This document shows, piece by piece, positions 1 through 8,063 of a stretch of 64,000 nucleotides of DNA. Made by a program: the position numbers and the translations under genes. Source of the DNA: Paracoccaceae bacterium (GTDB lineage Bacteria; Pseudomonadota; Alphaproteobacteria; Rhodobacterales; Rhodobacteraceae); NCBI GenBank assembly GCA_043553855.1, contig CP121336.1:3559249-3623248 (forward strand), read 5' to 3'. Within the stretch, counting starts at the first letter, position 1. Each line of letters opens with the position of its first letter. Below the pieces are notes generated by a model. It was not told the origin of the DNA. It worked only from the letters and a program-made list of their open reading frames with translations, and ran no database searches.

Positions 1-720
1 GCCTATGTGGAGTCCAACCTGGTCGGCACCTTCAACCTCATGGAGGCGGTCCGGGAGACGGGGGCGGGCCATCTCCTGATGGCATCCACCTCCTCCGTCT
101 ACGGGGCGAACACGGAGATGCCGTTCGGGGAGGGGCAGAAGGCGGACACCCCGCTCACCCTCTACGCGGCCACGAAGCGGGCCAACGAGCATATGGCCCA
201 CGCCCAGGCGCATATCTGGGGCACCCCGATCACGATGCTCCGGTTCTTCACCGTCTACGGGACCTGGGGCCGACCGGATCTCGCCCTTTTTAAATTCGTC
301 GAGGCCGCTCTCGCCGATCGGGAGATCGACGTCTACAACGGCGGGGAGATGGTCCGGGACTTCACCTATGTGGAGGACCTGACCCTGGCGATAGAGCGGC
401 TGATCGACGTCCCGCCCCCGTCGGTGAGCGGCCGGGCCGGCCCCGCCATCCCGGGTGACACGTTGAGCCCGGTCGCCCCGTACCGAGTCGTGAACATCGG
501 CAACGGGCAGCCGGTCCCGCTCATGAGCTTCATCGAGGAGATCGAACGAGCGCTGGGGCGGCCGATCCGGAAACGGATGCTCCCGATGCAGCCGGGGGAC
601 GTCCCGGCCACGCATGCTGACACGGACCTCCTCGAGGCGCTCACTGGAGCGCGCCCGACCACCCCGGTCCGGGACGGGATCCGGACCTTCGTTGACTGGT
701 ACCTCTCCTATCATGGGTGA
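1..720 (+). CDS. NAD-dependent epimerase/dehydratase, UDP-glucuronate 4-epimerase-like (5' end outside window)
   Basis: Frame 1 is open from nt 1. It has the extended-SDR catalytic Y-x3-K (LYAATKRANE) and a sugar-epimerase-like C-terminal half. Stop TGA at 718-720. Confidence 0.8.
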   Translation, partial: AYVESNLVGTFNLMEAVRETGAGHLLMASTSSVYGANTEMPFGEGQKADTPLTLYAATKRANEHMAHAQAHIWGTPITMLRFFTVYGTWGRPDLALFKFVEAALADREIDVYNGGEMVRDFTYVEDLTLAIERLIDVPPPSVSGRAGPAIPGDTLSPVAPYRVVNIGNGQPVPLMSFIEEIERALGRPIRKRMLPMQPGDVPATHADTDLLEALTGARPTTPVRDGIRTFVDWYLSYHG

Positions 721-1513
721 GGGGGGGCGGATCCCGCAGGCTACGACCTCCCCGGCCGGGCGGGTCCTCGCGCTGACGCGCCGGGACCGCGACACCCGGT
801 TCTCGGGCGGGGTTCTCGGCTACGTCTGGGCCTACCTGATCCCGTTCAGCTGGATCGCCTTCGTGGTGGCCCTGTTCGAGCTGACGGGTCGTGCGCCGCC
901 CATCCATACGGAACCGGCCCTGTTCGTGGCAACGGGGCTGCTCCCCTACATCCTGTTCCGCCAGACGATCAGCTCCATGATGCGGGGGGCGGTCGCGCAT
1001 CGCCGGCTGCTTCAGATCAGGCCGGTGAGGCTCTCCGACCTCCTCCTCGCCTCCGCCGCCCAAGAGCTCGTCAACCTCGCTTTGAGCGCCGTGCTCGTCT
1101 TCGGCGCGATTCTGCTCCTAACCGAGGCCGGTGCGCCGGACGACCCGCTCCGGGTTCTAGAGGGGCTCTTCCTAGCCTGGGCGATGGGGGTAGGTCTCGG
1201 GCGGCTTTTCTCCGTGCTCGGCCTCATGAGCGACCTAATCGCGCGGGCCGTCCCGATCCTGCTGCGTCCCACCTTCTGGATTTCCGGGATATTCTTCACC
1301 GCGACGGAGCTGCCCGGTGCCTTGCGGGACCTTCTCTGGTGGAGCCCGCTCCTTCACGCGACGGAGCGTATCCGGGACGGCTGGTTCGCGGGCTACGCCT
1401 CCCCGTTCGACAGCATGACGATGCTGATCGCGCCTGCGCTCTTCCCCTGGACCCTTTCCTTCCTGGCCGAGGCGGTAATGGTACGGAACCGGCTAGTAAG
1501 ATACGCGTCATGA
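713..1513 (+). CDS. kpsM: ABC-2 type polysaccharide/capsule export permease (KpsM-like)
   Basis: ATG at 713 overlaps the epimerase stop (ATGGGTGA). Multi-TM ABC-2-like sequence (VLGYVWAYLIPFSWIAF..., LLPYILFRQTIS). It is followed by an ATGA-coupled ATPase gene. The longer track ORF from 614 lies inside the epimerase gene. Confidence 0.75.
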   Translation: MGEGGRIPQATTSPAGRVLALTRRDRDTRFSGGVLGYVWAYLIPFSWIAFVVALFELTGRAPPIHTEPALFVATGLLPYILFRQTISSMMRGAVAHRRLLQIRPVRLSDLLLASAAQELVNLALSAVLVFGAILLLTEAGAPDDPLRVLEGLFLAWAMGVGLGRLFSVLGLMSDLIARAVPILLRPTFWISGIFFTATELPGALRDLLWWSPLLHATERIRDGWFAGYASPFDSMTMLIAPALFPWTLSFLAEAVMVRNRLVRYAS

Positions 1514-2193
1514 TCGCTCTGAGAAGTGTCACCCTCCTGACGCCGGACCGGCGTGACCATATCCTGGATCGGCAGGACCTCGTCATCGGGGAGCGGGACA
1601 GGGTCGGTGTGCTCGCCCCAGCCGGCTCGGGGCGTTCATCGATCGCCCGGCTCCTCTGCGGGGTTGACAGGCCCCACTCCGGGGAGGTCTTGAGCGCGGG
1701 TCGCGTCTCCTGGCCACTAGGATATGCTGGGTTCCTACACCCGGATCTAACCGTGCGCCGCAACGTCGAGCACCTGTCCGACCTCACCGGGTTCCCATCC
1801 GATCCGGCTTTGCGGATCGCTTGCTGGCTTTGCGGTGACATGGGGTTCCCGGAGAGGCGGGTTTCTTCGCTTACCCAGGGTCAGCGGGGGCTCGTTGCGG
1901 AGGCCTGCGGGTTCGGTTTCCCGGCGGACCATTACGTGGCGGATGAGAAGCTTCTTTTCGGGGATGAGGGGGCGCAGGCGCGTGGGGCTGCCCTTCTTCG
2001 GAGACGTCTGACCACGGCTAGCCTGATCCTCCTGTCCCGAAACCCGAACACGATCGAGCAATGGTGTACCCGGATCTTCGCGCTGGTACAGGCGCGTCTG
2101 GTCCCCTGCGAATCCGTCAACATGGCCCGGTCCGTCCTGGAGCGGGCGCGGGCCGAAAACGCCCGGGAAGGGAAAACTCATGAGTTCCGCTGA
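1510..2193 (+). CDS. kpsT: KpsT-like ABC transporter nucleotide-binding protein with degenerate catalytic motifs
   Basis: ATG 1510 overlaps the kpsM stop (ATGA). By eye it is collinear with KpsT (..GVDRPHSGEVLSAGRVSWPLGYAGF..). Walker A reads GSGRSS, Walker B reads YVADE, and the H-loop position reads SRN. Confidence 0.7.
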   Translation: MIALRSVTLLTPDRRDHILDRQDLVIGERDRVGVLAPAGSGRSSIARLLCGVDRPHSGEVLSAGRVSWPLGYAGFLHPDLTVRRNVEHLSDLTGFPSDPALRIACWLCGDMGFPERRVSSLTQGQRGLVAEACGFGFPADHYVADEKLLFGDEGAQARGAALLRRRLTTASLILLSRNPNTIEQWCTRIFALVQARLVPCESVNMARSVLERARAENAREGKTHEFR

Positions 2194-3463
2194 TCAGAAG
2201 TCGGAAGAGCAGCGGATCGCGGCATGGAGGGCGGAACGTCAAAAAGTGGCCGAGGAGGAGAAGGCTGCGCGTCTCACCGCGCGTGATGCTATCAGAAAGG
2301 AGGCGGAACGGGCCGAGACAGCAGCGCTGGACGCTGCTGTGGATTCGCTGCTTTCCGACCTCCCACCAGAAGAGGAGATAGGCCCCCTTCTCCTAGCCCG
2401 CGCCCGCAGGAGGCGCAGGCGGGACTTGCTCCTTCTTCTCATTCTGGTCCTTGCGCCGCTGATAGCTGTTTCGGTCTACGTCGGCGCCGTGGCGACCCGT
2501 CTTCACGAGTCCATCTCGGTCATCTCCATCTCTAAGCTGAGTGAGGACGGATCCGGGGCGTCCCAAGGGATTCTCGGGGCGCTGGGAGCAACTCAGGGCC
2601 TCTCTGATGTCTTTGCGGCAGACGCGTTTCTATCATCGGGTTCTCTCTCGGACCCGCTTGAAAATGATATGGGGCTCGTCTCCCAGCTTCGGTCTACGGC
2701 TCTAGATCCGGTTCAGCGACTGCGGGGCAGGGATTTGTCCCGTTTCATTGACAGCGCAGTTGACATTCAGACCGGGCTTCTGACACTCCGGGTAAGGCTA
2801 CCGGATCCTGAGCAGGCGCGCGACATTAACCTCCGGGTGATCGAGCTTGTCGCCTCACATGTGAACCAGATTCAGGAAGAGTCCCGATCTGAACGGACCC
2901 GGTTCGCTGACGCGGCGCTCGCTGCGGCGCAGTCGGAGATGCGCGAGGCGCGCGAGGCCTTGTCCGCCCTTCAGATCAGCAGCGGTGAGATTGACCCCCG
3001 CATGCGTCTTGAGGCGGTGCAGCAGGACATGAGCCGTGTCGAGTCGCGAATTCGGGAGCTTCGGTTCGAGAACGACCGAGACCGTGTTGATGTGAGCGTC
3101 CGCCGATATGACATTGAACGTCGGCAAGAATTGATTCGTTCGCTGGAGGCAGAGCTCTCTTCTCTGCGAGGAAACCTTACATTTACGGGCCGCTCAGGGG
3201 CTTCTATTGGTGAGACTATGATGGAGCATGATCAAGCTCAGTTGCGGCTCGAAATGGCTCGTACCGGGCTTGTCGCCGCCTTTGCAATGCGCCGCGATGC
3301 ACAGCATGCAGTTGAGCTTGAGCGAAGTGTTATTCGCGTCGTTGCACCTCCGTTCGTAAACCCGCGAGCTGTTCGACCTAGAGCGGTTCTTGTTTTATTG
3401 ATCACAGTCTTGGGCGGACTAGCTTTATTTTTCTTGGTCCGCTCACTTTGCCATGAGCTATAA
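2180..3463 (+). CDS. kpsE: Polysaccharide co-polymerase / capsule export inner-membrane protein (KpsE-like)
   Basis: 14-nt overlap with the kpsT stop. It has an N-terminal charged segment, a TM helix (LLLLLILVLAPLIAVSVYVGAVA), a long coiled-coil periplasmic region and a C-terminal TM helix (VLVLLITVLGGLALFFLV). The call rests on topology and gene order. Confidence 0.5.
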   Translation: MSSADQKSEEQRIAAWRAERQKVAEEEKAARLTARDAIRKEAERAETAALDAAVDSLLSDLPPEEEIGPLLLARARRRRRRDLLLLLILVLAPLIAVSVYVGAVATRLHESISVISISKLSEDGSGASQGILGALGATQGLSDVFAADAFLSSGSLSDPLENDMGLVSQLRSTALDPVQRLRGRDLSRFIDSAVDIQTGLLTLRVRLPDPEQARDINLRVIELVASHVNQIQEESRSERTRFADAALAAAQSEMREAREALSALQISSGEIDPRMRLEAVQQDMSRVESRIRELRFENDRDRVDVSVRRYDIERRQELIRSLEAELSSLRGNLTFTGRSGASIGETMMEHDQAQLRLEMARTGLVAAFAMRRDAQHAVELERSVIRVVAPPFVNPRAVRPRAVLVLLITVLGGLALFFLVRSLCHEL

Positions 3464-3490
3464 ATGTATGATGCAATGCGTATTCATCCG

Positions 3491-4878
3491 AGCTCTGCCC
3501 GAAAGTTGGTGACGGCGTGATCAGGCGGCTTGGTTAAGTTGTTTGATCCCGTCCTTGAATGCAATCCCTTCGATGATCTCGGGCATGCGGTTGGCTCCGT
3601 CCAGTCTCCGCCACTTGGTCTGGGCTGACATCATCAACTTGAACGCCATAGCGAGACCAGTTTTGCGGCTGAGACAGCCTTTGGTTTTGCCAGTGCGGTG
3701 TCGGACCGTGGCGAAGGTGCTTTCGATTGGATTGGTGGTGCGGATGTGCTTCCAGTGTTCGGCTGGGAAGTCATAGAAAGCCAAGAGGACGTCGCGATCT
3801 TTGGTCAGCTTTCCGACAGCCTTATCATATTTCACGCCGTAGGTTGCGACGAAGAAATCAAAGGCCGCCTCGGCATCCACGCGGGTCTCGGCCTGCCAGA
3901 TATCGTGCAAATGACCCTTTGCTTTGGCCTGAACGGACTTGGGCATCGCGTTCAGTACATTGCCGGTTTTGTGGAACCAACAGCGCTGTTCTTTCGTGGC
4001 ACCAAAGACCTCGCGCAATGCATGCCAGAAGCCCAAAGCGCCGTCCCCGATGGCCAGATCAGGCGCGTGGGTCAGTCCGCGCCGCTGGAGATCAAGCAGC
4101 AACTCTCGCCAGCTTTGGGTGCTTTCGCGGTAGCCATCGGCGAGGCCGATGATCTCTTTGCGACCCCACTCGTCCGCCCCGATCAACACCAGAACGCATT
4201 GTTTTTCCCTCAGCCATGCGTGGCCGGAAGTAGACGCCGTCCGCCCAGATGTAGACGAACCGCCGCGTGCTGAGGTCACGGCGCTGCCATCGGTCATACT
4301 CATCCCACCAGTCGGCTTTGAGCCGCGATATGGTTGTGGATGACAAACCCGCAGCGTTCGGCCCGAGCAGCGCCGCGAGTGCCTCGTGAAAGTCGCCGGT
4401 GGAAATGCCTTTGAGATAGAGCCAGGGCAGCAACTCCTCGATGGACTTGGCTTTGCGCAAATAGGGTGGCAGGATCGTTGACGTGAAACGCACCTTCTCA
4501 GCGGCGTCGCCCCGGTCCCGCACGCGCGGTACTTTGACCGGCACCGCGCCGATCCCGGTAATGATCTCGCGTTCAGGCAGGTGACCGTGGCGCACCAGCC
4601 GAGCGCGACCATCATCCGTTTTCTCGGATGTATAGGCCTCCAGCAAAACTGAAAGTTCGGCCTCAACCGCTTGCTCAATCAGACGCTTCGCACCTGATCG
4701 AAGGATGTCCGTCAGTGGATCAGGTGAAAATCCCTGTGGATCGGGCAGCTGGGTAATGATATTTGTCGTCATGTGGCATATCCTTTTCTCAGACGAGAAT
4801 TGCGGCGCGTGAACAACGCCATGATATGCCGCCTCTCAGGGGTCATCACCAACTTTTAGCTATATCTCTATTCATCCG
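3491..4878 (-). mobile_element. IS256-family insertion sequence (type 1), flanked by a 10-bp direct repeat
   Basis: Direct repeat TATTCATCCG at 3481-3490 and 4879-4888. Terminal inverted repeats share AAAGTTGGTGA (3502-3512 against the reverse complement of 4854-4864). A Mutator/IS256-type transposase lies inside. The right end is uncertain by 1-2 nt. Confidence 0.75.
3521..4772 (-). pseudogene. IS256-family transposase, frameshifted
   Basis: Two overlapping ORFs (4092-4772 and 3521-4678) carry the N- and C-terminal halves: ...FVYIWADGVYFRPRMAE / EKQCVLVLIGADEWG...NPIESTF. The frame break is at the GAGGGAAAAAC run (plus-strand CCC at 4207-4209). Deleting one G restores MAEEKQCVLV. Confidence 0.8.
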
Positions 4879-5069
4879 GCGGGGGCCATCTTTGTGATGT
4901 GAGGTCTTGCGTTTAATGTATGCGCAGCTTATGTCCCATCGAGATTTTCGGCTTACACCGGTTGACATGTGGGTTTAGGAGCCCATCCAGGCGTCCTGGG
5001 CGATCTCGCGTTTGGAGATAGGGCAGCGATATAGCCCGGTGATGGGTTTTCACGCTGGAGCGTACGAGC

Positions 5070-5177
5070 TCATCCGGGAGTCCCGGACGAGCTCACGCTT
5101 GAGGTAGTCGCAGCGGCATAGGCCCAAGGCATCAAAGCATCGATGTCTTTTTCGAGATGCCCGTTGGCCAGCTTGGG
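5070..5177 (-). pseudogene. IS66-family TnpC C-terminal remnant
   Basis: Minus-strand translation ...PKLANGHLEKDIDALMPWAYAAAT...* resembles the C-termini of the two IS66 TnpC proteins here (..ANGHPQSRLDDLLPWNF.., ..INRVDDLLPWKT..). No upstream body is present. Confidence 0.35.
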
Positions 5178-5298
5178 GAGAGTGTTATCGTGATGAGGTT
5201 GTATCCGCTGCCTGTGAAGTAAAAAGGTTCGCCGCCAGTTCCGCAAACTGAATGACTGTCGAACTCAATCCAGTCACAATTATTACAATATGCCGAGG

Positions 5299-5881
5299 TC
5301 ACCCCAAGACCCGAAATTTGTCGTGATTGACGACCCTGAAATTATCAGACACCTGATCGCGGAAGGTTTGCCATTCGTTGGGTAGGGTTTCTCGAAAGAA
5401 CCGCAGGACCGCATCCGCGAACTGCTTTTGCGTTGGGTAGTAGTGATTATGAGTGACGTATTGGTGCATGACCGCCCATAATCGTTCAATCGGGTTCAGG
5501 TGGGGGCAATAGGGCGGCAGCTGGATAAGTCGTATGCGGCACTCTGGTCGTTTGAGGAATTCGCGAACGTCTGGGCCCTTATGGTAAGCCGCATTATCCC
5601 AGATGACATAGATGATCCGCGAGAGAGGATTGCGAGCCTCAATCTTGGCGAGAAGCTGCGCTGCACTCACCCCGTCTACGGTGGTCGGCTCGACAAAGGG
5701 CGCGTCAAAATTCTCAAGATTGAGCGCACCATGGATGTTCACGCGCCCGCGCCCTGCGGTGGTTGTCACGGCGGGGTTTGATCCTGCCTTGACCCAGCCG
5801 TAGCTGGGTTTTGTCTGGTATTCAGGATGCACCGCGTCGGCGAAATAGACGGCTTCATCTGCGCCCAATTCGTTCAGCAGC
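5299..5881 (-). pseudogene. IS630-family DDE transposase, 5'-truncated
   Basis: C-terminal catalytic half only (..VIWDNAAYHKG..LPPYCPHLNPIERLW..). The reading frame stays open upstream of the first Met (..LLNELGADEAVYF) and stops abruptly at the IS66 terminus GTAAGCG at 5882. Confidence 0.75.
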
Positions 5882-5941
5882 GTAAGCGGCGGCTGGAGGG
5901 CACCTGGTTTTCAGCTTGACGGCTTGAAGTTCCAGGGCAGC
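5882..5941 (-). mobile_element. 60-bp terminal remnant of an older IS66-family copy
   Basis: GTAAGCGGCGGCTGGAGG...TTGACGGCTTGAAGTTCCAGGGCAGC aligns with the first 60 bp of the adjacent IS66 (GTAAGCGTTAGCTGAAC...TTGACGGCGCAAAGTTCCACGGCAGC). Confidence 0.6.
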
Positions 5942-5970
5942 GTAAGCGTTAGCTGAACAGCACCAGCGGG

Positions 5971-7530
5971 TTAGCTTGACGGCGCAAAGTTCCACGGCAG
6001 CAGATCATCGAGGCGGCTTTGCGGGTGACCGTTGGCGATCGCTGTCAGCGTTGCCTTGAGGTAGGCGAAGGGTTCGACGCCGTTGATCTTGCAGGTCTCG
6101 ATCAGCGAGGCGATGCGGCCCCAGGCGATGCCGCCCTCGTCGTGACCCGCAAAGAGCGCGTTCTTGCGATTTAGGGTGATGGGGCGGATCAGGTTTTCGA
6201 CGCGGTTGTTGTCGATCTCGACGCGCCCATCGGTCAGGAAGGTTTGCAAACCGTCCCAGTGATTGTGGATGTAGGTCAGCTTTTCGCCCAAGCGGGATTT
6301 GGCCGGGATCTTGCGGCGTTGGGCCTGCAGCCAGTCGCCGAAGGCCGTGACCAGCGGGACGCTGCGGGTTTGGCGGGCAGACAGACGCTGGCCGGACGAG
6401 ACGCCACGGATATCGGCTTCAACGGCATAGATCTCGGCGATGCGGCGCAGGCCTTCGGCGGCGATCTCAGAGCTGTCGCGGTCAAAGACTTCCTTCAGCT
6501 TGCGGCGCGCGTGTGCCCAGCAATGGGCCACCCGAATGGGGGCACCGCCCTTGCGGGTCAGTTTGGTCAGCCGGTTGTAGCCCTGGTATCCGTCGATCTG
6601 CAGGATACCGTTAAAGCCTGTGAGGATTGTTTCGGCGTTCTCGCCCGCGCGCCCGGGTGCATAGAAGTAAACCACACCGGGCGGATCTTCACCGCCCCAT
6701 GGCCGGTCATCGCGGGCAAGCGCCCAGAGATAGCCAGTTTTGGTTTTACCGCGACCCGGATCCAGCACCGGGGCCGTGGTTTCGTCCATGAAGAGCTTGT
6801 CGGATCGTTTCAGGTGTTCAGCCAGCCGGTCAACAACGGGCTTGAGGTGGAATGCTGCCTTGCCCACCCAATCGGCCAAGACAGCGTGGTGCAGATCAAG
6901 ACCCGCCCGCGCCAGGATCTGGCTCTGACGATACAATGGCAGGTGATCGGCATATTTGCTGACCAGCACATGGGCGATGCTGGCCTCGGTCGGCAACCCG
7001 CCCATGATCAGGTGCGATGGTGTGGGAGCTTGGGTCACGCCATCGGTGCAGGTCCGGCAAGCGTATTTGGGACGGACGGTGACAATGACGCGCAACTGCG
7101 CCGGCACGATGTCCAACCGCTCGCTACGGTCTTCACCGATCTTGTGCATGACGCCACAGCCGCAAGGGCAGATCAGGCTGTCGGGTTCGACAACCTCTTC
7201 AATGCGCGGCAATGCGGCCGGCAAGTTGCCGATAGTGCGCTTTGGCGCGGGCCTGGTTGCCGTTTTGTCACCTGCCTTGGCAGCCAGATGTTCCTTCTGC
7301 ACCTCGACCTCAGCCAGTGCGATGGACAGATCCTCGAACGCCAGTTGCCGCTCATCCTCGGTCAACTTTTCCGACCGCTTGCCATGCAGGGAATGGTTCA
7401 GCTCGGCGATCAAATGCTGTTGGCGTTGGGTGATATCCGGAAGTGCAGTGATCGTTTCCATCAATGACGTAACCACCGCGCGCTGCGCGGCAGGGATGGT
7501 GGAAAGGTCAATGGCGGGCATCTCGATCAT
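5971..7530 (-). CDS. tnpC: IS66-family transposase TnpC
   Basis: 519-aa ORF with the IS66 zinc-finger region (CPCGCG...CRTC) and the DDE region (..ADHLPLYRQSQI..FMDETTAPVL..HCWAHARRK..). Confidence 0.9.
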   Translation of the reverse strand: MIEMPAIDLSTIPAAQRAVVTSLMETITALPDITQRQQHLIAELNHSLHGKRSEKLTEDERQLAFEDLSIALAEVEVQKEHLAAKAGDKTATRPAPKRTIGNLPAALPRIEEVVEPDSLICPCGCGVMHKIGEDRSERLDIVPAQLRVIVTVRPKYACRTCTDGVTQAPTPSHLIMGGLPTEASIAHVLVSKYADHLPLYRQSQILARAGLDLHHAVLADWVGKAAFHLKPVVDRLAEHLKRSDKLFMDETTAPVLDPGRGKTKTGYLWALARDDRPWGGEDPPGVVYFYAPGRAGENAETILTGFNGILQIDGYQGYNRLTKLTRKGGAPIRVAHCWAHARRKLKEVFDRDSSEIAAEGLRRIAEIYAVEADIRGVSSGQRLSARQTRSVPLVTAFGDWLQAQRRKIPAKSRLGEKLTYIHNHWDGLQTFLTDGRVEIDNNRVENLIRPITLNRKNALFAGHDEGGIAWGRIASLIETCKINGVEPFAYLKATLTAIANGHPQSRLDDLLPWNFAPSS

Positions 7531-7584
7531 GACCCGAGACTACGATAAAACCACAGTAAAAACACGCAAAAGACAGCGCTTGAT

Positions 7585-7937
7585 TCATTCTGCCACAGCA
7601 GGTGGGCGCGTCTCCAAGGCCTTGACCTTGCGCCAGTCGAGACCGGCAAACAGGGCCTCAAACTGGGCGTGGTTCAGCGCCATCATCCCGTCCTTGATCG
7701 CAGGCCAGGTGAAGGTCGTATCTTCCAACCGCTTGTAAGCCATCACCAATCCGGTGCCGTCCCAATACAAAAGCTTCAGCCGATCCGCCCTGCGCGAGCG
7801 GAACACAAACACCGTGCCGGTGAACGGATCCTTGCGCAGCACCGACGACATGATCGCTGCAGACCGTCATGACCTTTCCTGAAGTCCACAGGCTGCGTCG
7901 AGACCAGAACCCGCACGCGGTTTGACGGGAACATCAT
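7585..7937 (-). pseudogene. tnpB: IS66 accessory protein TnpB, frameshifted
   Basis: The N-terminal part MMFPSNRVRVLVSTQPVDFRKGHDGL is in one frame and ..MSSVLRKDPFTGTVFVFRSRRADRLKLLYWDG.. is in another. One nt appears to be missing near 7858-7862 (GGTCTGCAGCG where GGTCTGGCAGCG would be expected). Confidence 0.8.
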
Positions 7938-8063
7938 GGCCGTGACCTGTGAATCGGCATGCAAAAGTGACCCACTTGGGTGGGTTATGATCATCTAAAA
8001 CTGACCCACCTGCATTGTTAACGTCCGTGCGCTTTGGGCACGGAGGAAGAGCAGGTGTTACTG

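Larger units (their letters stand above)
5942..7947 (-). mobile_element. IS66-family element, copy 1 (truncated in tnpA by IS21)
   Basis: Begins with the canonical IS66 terminus GTAAGCG at 5942. It carries tnpC, a frameshifted tnpB and only the last 14 nt of tnpA (stop TGA 7934-7936 overlaps the tnpB ATG). It then runs into the IS21 inverted repeat at 7948. Confidence 0.85.

Noticed and set aside
614-712. N-terminal extension of the KpsM-like ORF (track start 614); similar 5' extensions exist for many track ORFs (for example 1339, 40409, 44197, 46465, 53973, 56794, 60103, 62255, 27417, 23084)
   Set aside because: The extensions overlap the preceding gene or an intergenic repeat, are Arg/Pro-rich, and are followed by an internal ATG with an RBS and/or a stop-start overlap and a family-typical N-terminus. 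The shorter starts were used.
4195-4215. Programmed ribosomal frameshift in the IS256-type-1 transposase at the A5 run
   Set aside because: The frames are related by +1 (one extra G in GAGGGAAAAAC), not the -1 slippage expected at an A-rich heptamer, and no X XXY YYZ motif is in register. It was treated as a mutation or a possible sequencing error.
4958-4985. Similarity between GTTGACATGTGGGTTTAGGAGCCC (about 4961-4984) and GTTGATGTGGGTTCAGCCC (about 20475-20493), considered as possible direct att-like repeats bracketing the accessory region
   Set aside because: Only about 17 matching bases, with two gaps. No integrase or tRNA is associated, and the left copy sits among IS remnants. This is compatible with chance.
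6244-7467. 407-aa plus-strand ORF. There are many similar long ORFs: 25915-27405(+), 27369-28358(+), 39382-40557(-), 42728-44170(-), 46549-48864(-), 49195-51702(-), 52549-53454(-), 55026-56345(-), 56496-57467(-), 60097-61026(+).
   Set aside because: Each lies antisense to, or out of frame within, a gene with clear family motifs (tnpC, pdhB, pdhA, queA, lpdA, the IOR gene, ilvD, MFS, uvrA, patatin, crotonase). Their translations are Arg/Gly/Pro/His-rich low-complexity sequence, which is typical of spurious open frames in high-GC DNA.
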